Origin: Aplysia californica
Taxonomy: Eukaryota
Assembly (NCBI RefSeq): GCF_000002075.1
Contig: NW_004797297.1
Span: 1,975,701 to 2,039,700, forward strand
DNA length: 64,000 nt
Reading direction: 5' to 3'
Shown: positions 37,201 through 47,994 of the stretch, one piece after another
Numbering within the stretch: position 1 is the first letter of the stretch
Layout of the letters: each line of letters begins with the position of its first letter
The notes under the pieces: generated by a model
Databases searched by the model: none
What the model saw: only the letters and a program-made list of their open reading frames with translations
Told to the model about the DNA's origin: nothing
Position numbers and translations under genes: made by a program

Positions 37201-40200
37201 CCCTGCTGTGACCGTGGAAGACACTCTCCTGGAAAAAGTGGACTCCTTTACCTACCTTGGTAGTGTCATCGATGGTAACGGAGGAACTGAGGCAGATGTT
37301 AAAGTAAGAACCGTCAAGGCAAGGTCAGTATTCAATCAATTATCAAAAGTCTGGAAAGCAAGCAACATCTCATTACGCACCAAGATTCGACTCTTTAACC
37401 CCAACGTCAAGTCTGTGCTCCTCTACGGCTGCGAAACTTGGAAGACAACAAAGACAGTACTGAATAAAGGCCACACTTTCATCAACAGATGTATGAGGAG
37501 TATTCTAAGAATTAAGTGGCTATAGTAGTATTCTATTTACAAAGATCATCCAGTGCCAGATCTGCGACAGACATCGGCGATCATGATTTTCCATTCAATC
37601 CTTTGCTCGGATGCTCTCAGAAAAGCTACGTTTCCCTGATCTTTCCCTGTTACCCATTTGTTTAGGTTCCCTAAGTATGTTGTTCTGGGCCTACCCCTGC
37701 CTCGCTTGCCCTCAATTTTGCCAGTGAGAGCTAGATGTCCAGGACACTTATGTCTATTCAGGTGTCCCAAAAACTGCATTTGTCTTTTCCTGATTGTTTT
37801 TAACATTGAGCGTCCCACGTGGGCTTCATCAAGCACTACCTCATTTGATTTCTTTTCCTTCCACGATACTCTTAGCAGTCTCCTAAGAAACCACATTTCT
37901 GTTGCCTCTATTTTATTTTCACTGTCTTTAGTGATTGTCCAGCATTCACAGCCATATAAGAAGGGTTGACCAAACATAGCATTTCAGGACTTTTATTTTA
38001 GTGTTCATTGATATGTTTCTATTTTTCAGGATTGGGCTCATTTTATTGAAACTAGCCTTAGCCATTGCATTTCTCCTTTTTATTTCTGCGGAAGATTTGG
38101 CATCAGATGTTATCATATATCCTAGATATTTAAACTGTTGGACTTGTTTGATCTTTTCACCTTTGCTAATGAGATTACAACTAGGATTTGCTGCTTTTTT
38201 GGATATTACCATGCATTCTGTTTTCTTTACATTCAACAATAATCCTTCACGTTCACTTTCTTTTACAATAGTATCTAAAAGCAATTGAAGGTCCTTTTCG
38301 GAGCCTGCTATTAAAACCGTGTCATCTGCATACCTGATGTTATTAATATTTTCTCCATTTACTTTGAGGCCTGGACATTTTTCTATGTTTCTAAGGGTTG
38401 TTTCACTGTTCATGTTAAAGAGGTTTGGTGACATAACACATCCTTGCCTCACTCCTCCTCTAATCTGCTTATATTCACTGTATTCTCCATTAATTCGTAC
38501 AGCAGCGTTTTGGTCCCAGTACAAATTTCTGATAATTTTTAGATATTTTCCATCTATGTCTAGTTTTTCCAGTATTTTAAATAGCTCATCATGTCTAACT
38601 TTATCGAACGCCTTTGAATAATCTATGAAGCATAAATACAGATCTTTCTGTGCTTCAATACATCTTTCCATTAACATTTGTAAGGTGAATATAGCATTTC
38701 TGGTGCCCTTGTCAGGAACAAAGCCGAATTGCGTTTTAGATATCTCTGGTCTTACACTTCTTCTCAATCTTCCCATTATTACTCGCAGCAATATTTTTGT
38801 AAAATGACTCATAAGGCTAATTGTTCTGTGCATATCACACTCAGTGGCACCTGGTGTGTTAGGTAAAGCTATAAAAACTGACTTCATCATATCTTCTGGG
38901 ATCTGACCGCTGTCATAAATAGCATTTAGGAGCTTTGTTGTTATTTCAGTGCCTAGTTCTTCGAGCGCGACAATCACTTCAACTGGAATATTATCTGGCC
39001 CTGTGGCTTTTCCTTGTTTCATTTTCCTAATGGCAGCTTGTACTTCTGCTTTCAGTATTGGAGGTCCATTTATTTCATTCTTTATTACCGGGTTTTTCTC
39101 CTCTTTGAAAAGTTCTTCTATGTATTCTGACCATCTGTTTAAGACATCCGCGTTGTCCATTAAAATATCCCCTCCCTTTGATCTTATGCATCCTGTATTT
39201 GAGCATCCTTTTATCCCACTTACTTCTTTGATTTTTTAATGCATGTATTTGCTGTCTTTGTTTTGGTTTTTCTCTATTTGTTGACACTGATTGTTTATCC
39301 ATGTTTCTTTTGTTTCGTTGCATTTTTTCTTTATTTCCCTGTTTAAGATGTTGTACTTTTCCACATTTGATTTTGCCTTTCTTCTCTCTTCCATTAGGTT
39401 TAATATGTCCTGGGTCATATCTTTACAAAGACAAAGAAGGAAAAAAACGGGGTTTTAGAATAATATCTTTATAACAGACTTCTCATTATAAATGGACTCC
39501 ACTGTAGTTAAATCATAACTTTGAAAGTAAATTTTTTTTAAACACTCACAACAAGCCAAAATTTTCCCTCACTGTAGACCAAACATTCTCTCGATAATAC
39601 TTAGGATTTCATAAGTAAACTTTCTATAATATCAAATGCCTCACTACAACTTCATTCGTTGGGAGTGCATGAAAAACTGCACGGCCACTACATCTAGGGT
39701 ACTACTAGTCTAACTATTCATAGGAATGGGCAAAACTATTTGCAACTGGTCTTGAATTTTTAGGAAACACAAATCACTTGAATGTAGTGTATAAATAGAA
39801 GTCACAGTAACATTTTAAAGATGAGAGGCACGGAATCTAAGCCTTTGAATGTAACTATGTTAAATGTCTACTTCATCAAGCCAGACTTAAGATAAAAACT
39901 AAAACTTACCCGCATTCACCAGATTCCATATATGTGTCCGAGGAGTCAATTTGCTGCTCGGAGTCATATCTACACTAGGGAAACTTTTCCTCAGCAAAGA
40001 ATGAGAAGTCGGGACTTTGAATGAGTCTCTTGACATCTGTTTCCTAGGAGAATGTCTCCGAGCTGATTGTTGAGCTGAAACACTGGGCCCTGGTTCATTT
40101 CGTACAGTTTTGGCCTCAACAGAATTTACATTGGCCAAAAATGCTTCAATCTGGGAATATTCATACAAAAATGTTAATGAAACTCAAACAACTAGGCCAG

Positions 40201-43200
40201 CCACAATATCAGCTGTCGATATATAAATAGATATATATCAATAGATATAAATATATAATATAATTTGAATATGACATATCAATTTACTAAGCTTCACATG
40301 ATGAAAGACTAAGAAGTTTCACAAACAATAACAAACTGCAAAGGAAAGAAAGAAAACCACTTGCGAAAACGATTTTACAGAGCAAAAACTAGAAGGAGCA
40401 CACTTTAAAAACGATAGTGCAGCTTTAAAAAATGTTCTACTTTCTACACCTCGAGGTCTGTTTCATTACAAATATTTCTAATAACTACCAAAACCTAACA
40501 CATGCCTTTGAAAAATAAAAAACCAACAAAATAGGCCTAGCAGAGGAGGAAGATTTGTAATAAGTGTTGGGGAGGCATGGACTAGCTAGTACAAAACTAA
40601 CTTCTAAGACATGTACGAGAACACAGCTCACATATATATGGGCGAAGAGGACCGGCCAGTTGCTAAGTGGTTTTTGATTGGATCAGGCCTCTGTTCCCCC
40701 TCAGCTGATCTTAAAATCTACTGAGTAGCATCATTTACCAGTCATATTTCAACTTTGAAAAACAGGTATATTCCCTTGAGCCGAGTAGCATCCCTTGAAA
40801 TCTATTGAATGTTATCAAAACAGTCTATGTCAGCTCTTTTTTTACCAACTCCAGATGACCAGAGATTCTATTTTTTTAAAATCTAAATGTAGGCGTTTTT
40901 ATGTCTCCATCAATCAACACAACTTAACTTAAATCATTTAGAGGAAGGTATCCAACTGCCTGCCAGGACCATCCCCAGCTGAGAGTGAAAAAATTTGCGG
41001 GTGCCGGTAGAAAGTAAGAAAGACCCTAATATAATACAGTACGCCTAGGCCCTACTAAACAGAAATTGTCTTCTGGCTCAGAAACTGCAGAATTTGGGTC
41101 AATTGCATCATGTGACTGTGGAGCTACACCAGAAGCCGTTACAAAGGCAAGGATGATTTCAAAGACCACTGAAATTTAATAAGTATGGAGAGTATACGTA
41201 CACGGTAACCGGGCACGTAGTCTCAGTATCTATGTACACGGTAACTGGGCACCTAGTCTCACTTAGACTCAGTATCTACGTACACGGTAACCGAGCACCT
41301 AGTCTCAGAATCTACGTACATGGTAAACGGAATGAAAATAAATCAATATTTGTCCTGTGCTGTCACTTCCTGGAAAAAAAAAGAAAGAAAGTCACACAAG
41401 CATCTTGTCGGGCTCGCCATCGTGACCAGTCAGTGAACCTTTGCGCGTGCATCACATTGTGAGTACCGGTTGGGGTCACCAAAGTTCATTCAAAGTCTTT
41501 GCGCTGCGAAGTATAGGGCTCTGGAATGGGGGGAATTATTGATTTTTTTAAAGGTACAGTCGGGGGAGGGGTGGACATGAAGGTTACACCGGATGATAAA
41601 ACTGAACTTGAAGTTCTGAACTGCCCGGTTACCCTCCTACGTGACACTAAGACTACATGCTCGGTTGCCCGTAACCGTGTATGTAGATATTGAGGCTACA
41701 TGCCCGGTTACCGTGTACATGATGACACTGAGAATAGGTGCCCGGTTGCCGGTTATCGTTAACGTAGACACTGAGGCTAGGTGCCAGGTTACCGTGTACG
41801 TAGACACTGAGGCTAGGTGCCTGGTTACCGTGTACGTAGACACTCCGTAATAAGTAATTCTATGTAGGCCTATAAATTTAGTCAGTAGTAAGGCTGGATT
41901 GTACTTTACCAGACCACCCGTCTCGGCCCATGATTATTACGCACACCTAGCCTAACTACGCACTCATAGTACTCTGCATGCGGCCAAAAGGTAGCTCCGC
42001 GGGCGACTTCGTGCACGCACAGCGCAAGCCAGCGGCGACTGGCGAGGCGAGGTGAGCGAGAGGTGGGTGTTGAGGGCGAGCAGGGGATTTAACTTTGGTG
42101 GACCGTGTATCATACCAACAGTGGGGAGGAGGGGGGGTTCCCCCTGGCAACAATAATTTAAAGACACACACACACACACATATAAACAATAGCATGAGCG
42201 GACAATCGGGGTAGATACTCGCCAAGTCGCGAGCATGGCCGAGGGGGTTGCAATTATGCAAATGAGCTCTCGTGCACATCTCTAGCCCTCCATTGTACTT
42301 TGCCGGACCAGGAGTAGGCTAAACCAGCAGAGTCGCGAGCAAATAAGAATAGTGGACCACGTGATTAGATTGACCAATTAGCCTCAAGGTGTCAAGGTCG
42401 AGGGTCAAAGGGCACAGTTGTGATGACTGAAAAACCCAGTAAGAGACGTCAGTCGATTGCTGGCAGTGGAACAGTGAGGACGTGTAGAAAACTGAGTAGG
42501 AGAGTGAGTAGGGGAGCTCGGAAATGAAGAATAGCGGACCACTAGGCACCACGGGCGCCATAGCGAAAGTAGTTCCGACCGGTGGTCCGGTAAAGTACAA
42601 TCTTACCAGTAGTATAGATCTAGATAGATCTAGAATCTGGTCTTAGTTAAATGATTTAGTAGTAGGAGTAGGCCTACAGTGAATTCTGTAATGAGTGACA
42701 ACTATGAAACAAAGTAGATAGAGGGTTAGGGTTAGGCTTAGGACTTAGGGTTTGGGGTAAGGGTAGGGTTAGGGTTTGGAGTAGGGGTACTAAGGGTAGG
42801 GCCAGGGTTAGGGTAAGGTATCTTCTATTTACAAGTGTTCGTTGGGGTGGTCGCTCGTTACGGAAGTCTTTCACAGTCCTACAGCAGGCCAAAATAAGGG
42901 GGGGGGGGGGGGGGGGGAACTACCGAAAATGAAAAAGTGCCCACTTGGCCCACTTACATGTGTTCGTGGAGTATCTTGGTCACCGGTCTCTGGCATCATA
43001 ATGAAAGATTTACTGGCAGATTTTCTCACATCATTGCTTGGGAGCAAAGGGAGAATTTGTACAGGAGTTCGGAAAGATCTTTTGCTCGTAGTTTTAGACC
43101 CAGATCCTGGATACTTTGCTTCGGAAACTCTCCTAGACTGGCGTTTAGGAGTTCTCTCGCCTGCGCGTTTTACAGACAAACCATGATTGCGGGAATAGTT

Positions 43201-43335
43201 CTCTGATGCTGAAACGTTGGCATTGTTAGAATTTGAATCCTTTATGGTCCTTCCATCAGTTTCACTTTCATGATTTTGAAACGGAGGTTCATCATTTTGC
43301 CTTGAACTTGAAAGTTGGTGGTGCTGAACAGACAT
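22204..43335 (-). CDS. CENPT: Centromere protein T, 13 coding exons, ~919 aa: 43335-42958, 40150-39910, 36100-35965, 35667-35582, 34345-34264, 33572-33466, 32553-31381, 30401-30358, 28389-28352, 27579-27460, 26122-25973, 24593-24489, 22303-22204
   Basis: All 12 introns are GT-AG with matching phases; the exons total 2760 nt, open to TAG. The C-terminus TLPRRSVKFFAQRHSSSKLSNDALEEIEHASETFWANTFKALEVFALHAGRKTVNEEDVILLMKTQGIVNSTRDLHDLIREYLPMELRSELIPVAKP is a CENP-T histone fold plus extension (HAGRKTV, LP.E.R..LIP). It has two N-terminal TPRTHI motifs and a long S/R/K-rich linker. The small middle exons are supported mainly by phase and splice signals. Confidence 0.88.
25305..25556. mobile_element. 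Short MITE in CENP-T intron
   Basis: Inverted ends TATGGTCGCCTTTAAGGACAAGCGGG / CCCCTTGTGCTTAAAAGCGACCATA in a TA context. Confidence 0.6.
36744..37525 (+). mobile_element. RTE-like LINE reverse transcriptase fragment (degenerate)
   Basis: VNFINYEKAFDSVDRETLWK..GIPDKIV; GVQQGCLLSPFLF; DLDFADDLA; FTYLGS; VKSVLLYGCETW; contains stops and frameshifts. Confidence 0.85.
37546..39418 (-). mobile_element. RTE/BovB-like LINE, 5'-truncated, near-complete RT domain
   Basis: 404-aa ORF with KATGPDNIP, HRTISLMSH, FIDYSKAFDKV, GVRQGCVMSP, YADD and FKYLG. After a frameshift it continues LYGCECW...FLGHL...GKIEGKRGRGRPR. Confidence 0.92.
41186..41847. mobile_element. Foldback/Mutator-like non-autonomous element with tandem-repeat arms
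   Basis: The 9-bp duplication TAATAAGTA lies at 41177-41185 and 41848-41856. The inverted arms are built of ~31-bp units (TACGTACACGGTAACC.GGCACCTAGTCTCAGT). Confidence 0.82.
41889..42606. mobile_element. MITE-like element
   Basis: Inverted ends GATTGTACTTTACCAGACCACC / GGTGGTCCGGTAAAGTACAATC. CAGTA(GTA) is repeated on both sides, and the exact TSD is ambiguous. Confidence 0.6.
42723..42818 (+). repeat. Degenerate telomere-like (TTAGGG)n tract in CENP-T intron 1
   Basis: GGGTTAGGGTTAGGCTTAGGACTTAGGGTTTGGGGTAAGGGTAGGGTTAGGG... Confidence 0.75.
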
Positions 43336-43855
43336 CTTTCTTCGAGTTATTATTCTTTTTTCGATTCCAACTTAAACTAAAGAGTAACTGAAACACTTGC
43401 ACACATTTTTCAACAATCAAATAATCAGCGATTTAAGTTATTGTAGATGAGAAAATATGGGCCAGATTGAAAAACAACAGCAACCCAGTTACAATAAACC
43501 AGCAAACAGTAAACAATCACTGTGTAAACTACAAAATTGAAAACAGGACTTTCCCAGATTTTGATAAGATTTTCTTCTCGAAATAATCAAACAAAAATTA
43601 AAATCCAGTCCAGGCTAGGCCAAGTTGCAACCAGATCTCAAGGACCTTGATCTCCTCCCAAAAACACGAGGCATTGCACTGTGTCATAATTCATAATCCT
43701 TTTTAGATAAAGCACTTCATAAAAAAAAAAATTAGATCTACGGTTCAATACTCAAGGGATATTTCTTTTGTTGATCAATACCCAAGGACCTTACAACGAA
43801 CAAATGGACCCTCTTCTCCCTCTTCGCAGCACCGCACGCAGCACGCCCAGTGGAA

Positions 43856-43895
43856 CATAGTTGGCCCCATTTTCATGAAAATGGGGCCAACTATG
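43856..43895. repeat. Perfect 40-bp palindrome upstream of CENP-T
   Basis: CATAGTTGGCCCCATTTTCA|TGAAAATGGGGCCAACTATG with no spacer. Confidence 0.9.
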
Positions 43896-46382
43896 GTCAC
43901 CCAACGCGAACTGCAGTCTTTTCTTTATAAATAATAGTAGGGCTGGGCAGTGGGCTAAGGTATGGAATGCGTGCAAAAAAAGAGGGGTGAAGGTGGTGGG
44001 CGGGCCTGGGGAAGTAAGATGAAGAGANNNNNNNNNNNNNNNNNNNNNNNNNNNNNNNNNNNNNNNNNNNNNNNNNNNNNNNNNNNNNNNNNNNNNNNNN
44101 NNNNNNNNNNNNNNNNNNNNNNNNNNNNNNNNNNNNNNNNNNNNNNNNNNNNNNNNNNNNNNNNNNNNNNNNNNNNNNNNNNNNNNNNNNNNNNNNNNNN
44201 NNNNNNNNNNNNNNNNNNNNGGGGGGGGGGGCGCTGTCTGATAAGGACTGTCTATGATTATGAACTTTATGTTTTGATCCTCATGTTGACAAGTCGTGAA
44301 GCACAGTATATTATCAGTAATTTAAAAATCAAGAAAGGCGGTGGGTTGGAGGTTAGGGGAAGGGGTAGGGTTGAGAAAAAGCAACAACCCAAAACAAATG
44401 TTTAAAACCCAGTTGACTTGCCGAGTAACATGACAGGAGAGTAAATCTTACTATAAGATCCTGCTGAGTTCTCCAAAGTAACCACTAAAGTATTGAATTT
44501 GACACAATGATTCAAGGGGAGCGTCATTACTAGCTTTCATGTGTTATGGTGAACGTTAAGGACTACATGTATTTATAATACGTTGCCTTAGGTCTAGAAA
44601 GCATAGGAAAAAGGCCTTCACACAAGAACATTATAGAGCAAAAGAGAGTCAAAAGCAGCTTTAACTGATTGCTAACAAAGATGCCTTTGTAATGAATTAT
44701 TGAGCACAGTAATTTTTTTAAATTATTTTTTTTATACGAGTGCACCCCATCCCCCAATGGTTTTAATTATTGAAAAGAAATAATAACAACAGTATCCTTT
44801 GTCTTTTAAAATGGGATAAATTTACAAACTGTATTGATGCACAAAATACTACTGTCCTAATCAATATCTTAGCTTGTGTCGTCTGGTTCCTTAGCCTATA
44901 ATAATAATTATTTTAAAAGCATTATCTCACTCATTGCTCCTCACCTTTACCTGTCAAGTACATGTATTTATTGTTTGCCTTCATCTCAGACCGAAATTAC
45001 CGCTCATATTCAGGTCATAACTCATCATTGTGTTGTAAACACACCAATTAAAAACCGAAGAATGAAAGGCTGGCTCAACATTACACAAAGGCGATCGGAC
45101 AGTCCCAAAGTACAGACGCAAAATCTGTCTAGCAAATTCGAATGCACACCTGATAGATGATCAGGGAAACAGAAGCACTGGTGAAATCTCAGTTTGATGT
45201 GATATCCCATCTGACGCAGCCCTGTTGACCCTACCTATCGAATCACGCCTTGCTGTAGTTCGATGTTCAGAGAATCAAAGGTGTCGAAAAGTTTACAACT
45301 TTTATCATAAGGCCCCATGTGCCTGAAACGATTATTGTACCACTCATAGAGAAATTTAGAGCGGGGATGTGATCGTATGTATGATCTCGAGTGTGAATGA
45401 TCTATGAAAGTTTTTAGTTCAGTAAAACATGATCGAAAATGCGGGAACTTCAAACTCCAGGGTGGGATCTTAGGGGTGACTTTTGGGTAGTAAAATTTGT
45501 TGTTTTTGGGGGGTTCGTTTCTTAAGAGAAATTTTAAACAACAGAATCTTAAGTGAACCGTGATCATATATAAACGATGGGATCTTAGGTGGAGACTATT
45601 ATGGTAGATTAAACCAGGTAGAACTATTAAACTATTAAGACTTAAACTCTTTCCACCCCTTATCGTCTTTCTTTAACAGAGAAGTATTCGCCACTGTTGT
45701 TAAGCAGGTATCTATTGTTTAAAAAAATATGGAGCCGCTATATGACACCTACATTTATAAATCAGTAATAATAATGAGATAAATGGGCTTTATAACATAA
45801 AATAAGTCTACTGGCTTGTCTAATCTCAAGGACCTCAAACTAAAATCCTCTTTCCTGTCTAGATTTCAGTGAGAGAGTCAGGCAGCGCGCGAAGGTTGAC
45901 CATGGTTCCACTGCGATAGAGGGCTTCTGTCAGGCGTGCGTTGCGGCCCACATTGAGCAGCCTCAATTACTGTATAACTTCCTTGTCAATACCTCAAATC
46001 CAAACACATACTATTATAATTCACAGAGACAAATGAACTAAATAAGCTTTGATTTCCTTTTAAAATGCAAATTAACGTAATTCAATATAACCTCATAACA
46101 GTTCTATAGATCTAGAGCCGTAAAAGTCATTTTACTTCCCAAACTGGGGACCCCATCTTAAACCTGCCGCTTTCCTTTTACTTCCACTTCCGTGTCTAAA
46201 TCTTGACAATGACCACAACCCGACCATTTTATTGTAGCCTAGATCTACTGTGCAATTGTAAAAGAATGATTTAAAAAAAACAAACCCCCACCACAACAGA
46301 AATCTAAGACAGTAACTATTCAAATACAGATCTGTGGTAATTGATAATCAGACAAAAATGATTTTGATATCAAATCATATCA

Positions 46383-47845
46383 ATGAATTGCAAACATGAA
46401 CACAACAATATCATTATGATTTATATTATGGCCGCAGCTTTTGATATATTTGACCATGCTATTCTACTCACAAGACTTGAGCGCTCATTTGGCTTATCGG
46501 GTACTGTGCTTTCATGGTTTAAGTCCTATTTATTAGAACGAGTTCAGTCAGTGCAAATTAAAAATAGATTTTCACAGCAGGTCAGGCTCGATTATGGAGT
46601 TCCACAGGGGTCCGTTCTTGGACCAGTGCTCTTTACACTATACACATCCCTTAGCAAGCATTTTACAAAATCATGGATTTCGAATTATCATTTTTATGCC
46701 GATGATTCCCAAATGTATGTTAATGGCACCATTCAAGATCTACCAAACATGATTTCTATCACTAAACAATGTTTTTATGAAACTAAAAAGTGGATGACAG
46801 TAAACAAATTGAAACTAAACGAAGAAAAGACAGACATCATTCTTATAAAAAATCCACGATTAAATACAGATCTGGAAAGTGTCAACTTTGATTTATATGG
46901 GCATATGAAATCTAGTAAAAAGTTGTCGGGAATCTCGGTGTATATATTGACCACCACTTATCAATGGGCTCGTTTGTAGGATCTCTGTCCAAATCCCTTT
47001 ATTTTCAGCTGAGAAGGATATATGCCTAGTTCGAAAGTACTTAAACGAAGAGACACACAAAAACACTGGTAACATCTCTTATCCTGTCTAGATTAGACTA
47101 TTGTAACTCATTCCTAGCAGGTCTGAACAACAAATATTTGAATCATTTACAAGTAATTCAAAACAATGCCGCTAGACTGATAACAAGATCTAAAAAACGA
47201 GACCATGTCACTCCATTATTAAAAGAACTGCATTGGCTCCCAGTAAAAGAAAGAATACTATTTAAAATCTGCGTCATGTGTTTCAAATGTGTAAATAAAA
47301 CTGCTCCTTTCTATCTACAAGAACTTATCAGTATATATAAGCCAGGGAGAAACCTAAGATCATCAAACGATAACACCCTACTTGTGACAACTGTAAAATC
47401 ATACAAATCATAAGGAGAGAGATCTTTCTCATCTCTTGGTCCATTTATATGGAACAGATTACCCATGAAACTAACACAAATATAAACACTAGATAGCTTC
47501 AAAAGACATCTTAAACATTTTCTGTTCCTACAGGCCTATCCTTCATAAGCTTTTAACGTTATTTTTCATTATATAGTTGTTATGTTNNNNNNNNNNNNNN
47601 NNNNNNNNNNNNNNNNNNNNNNNNNNNNNNNNNNNNNNNNNNNNNNNNNNNNNNNNNNNNNNNNNNNNNNNNNNNNNNNNNNNNNNNNNNNNNNNNNNNN
47701 NNNNNNNNNNNNNNNNNNNNNNAGAAGAAAGGAAGTAGTAAGAAAGGTTTTTGAAAAATGGGTATTCCAATGTAAAGTACATTGAGCTACTTTTTTTGGA
47801 AATGCGCTAAATAAATGTTATATATTATTATTATTATTATTATAT
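46383..47845 (+). mobile_element. L2/CR1-group LINE 3' fragment with (ATT)n tail (spans an assembly gap)
   Basis: AAFDIFDHAILL; GVPQGSVLGPVLFTLY; YADDSQMY; LKLNEEKT; SRLDYCNS; QNNAARL...HVTPLLKELHWLPV. The 3' end TGTAAAG...GCGCTAAATAAATG is followed by ATT repeats. Confidence 0.88.
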
Positions 47846-47994
47846 CAGCAAAGTACAACGACTTTACATAGCAAGTTTTGATCGACGATTTTGAATATAT
47901 AGCCAAAAGGAAACAGTTTACAACTGCTGGCACTGGCATATACAAGGCCATCAAACCCCCCAAAGCCAAACAAATAGCAGCAGCAGCTTCAAAG

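Larger units (their letters stand above)
36132..39504. mobile_element. TA-flanked mariner-type MITE split by two nested RTE LINE fragments
   Basis: TA|CAGTGGAATCCTGTTATA at the left end and TATAAATGGACTCCACTG|TA at the right end; the LINE fragments lie between them. Confidence 0.55.

Noticed and set aside
41195-41847. CRISPR-like ~31-bp repeats
   Set aside because: The units are contiguous without unique spacers, arranged as inverted arms with a TSD, in eukaryotic DNA.
43962-44405. ORFs spanning N runs (also 47543-47785)
   Set aside because: Artefacts of assembly gaps.
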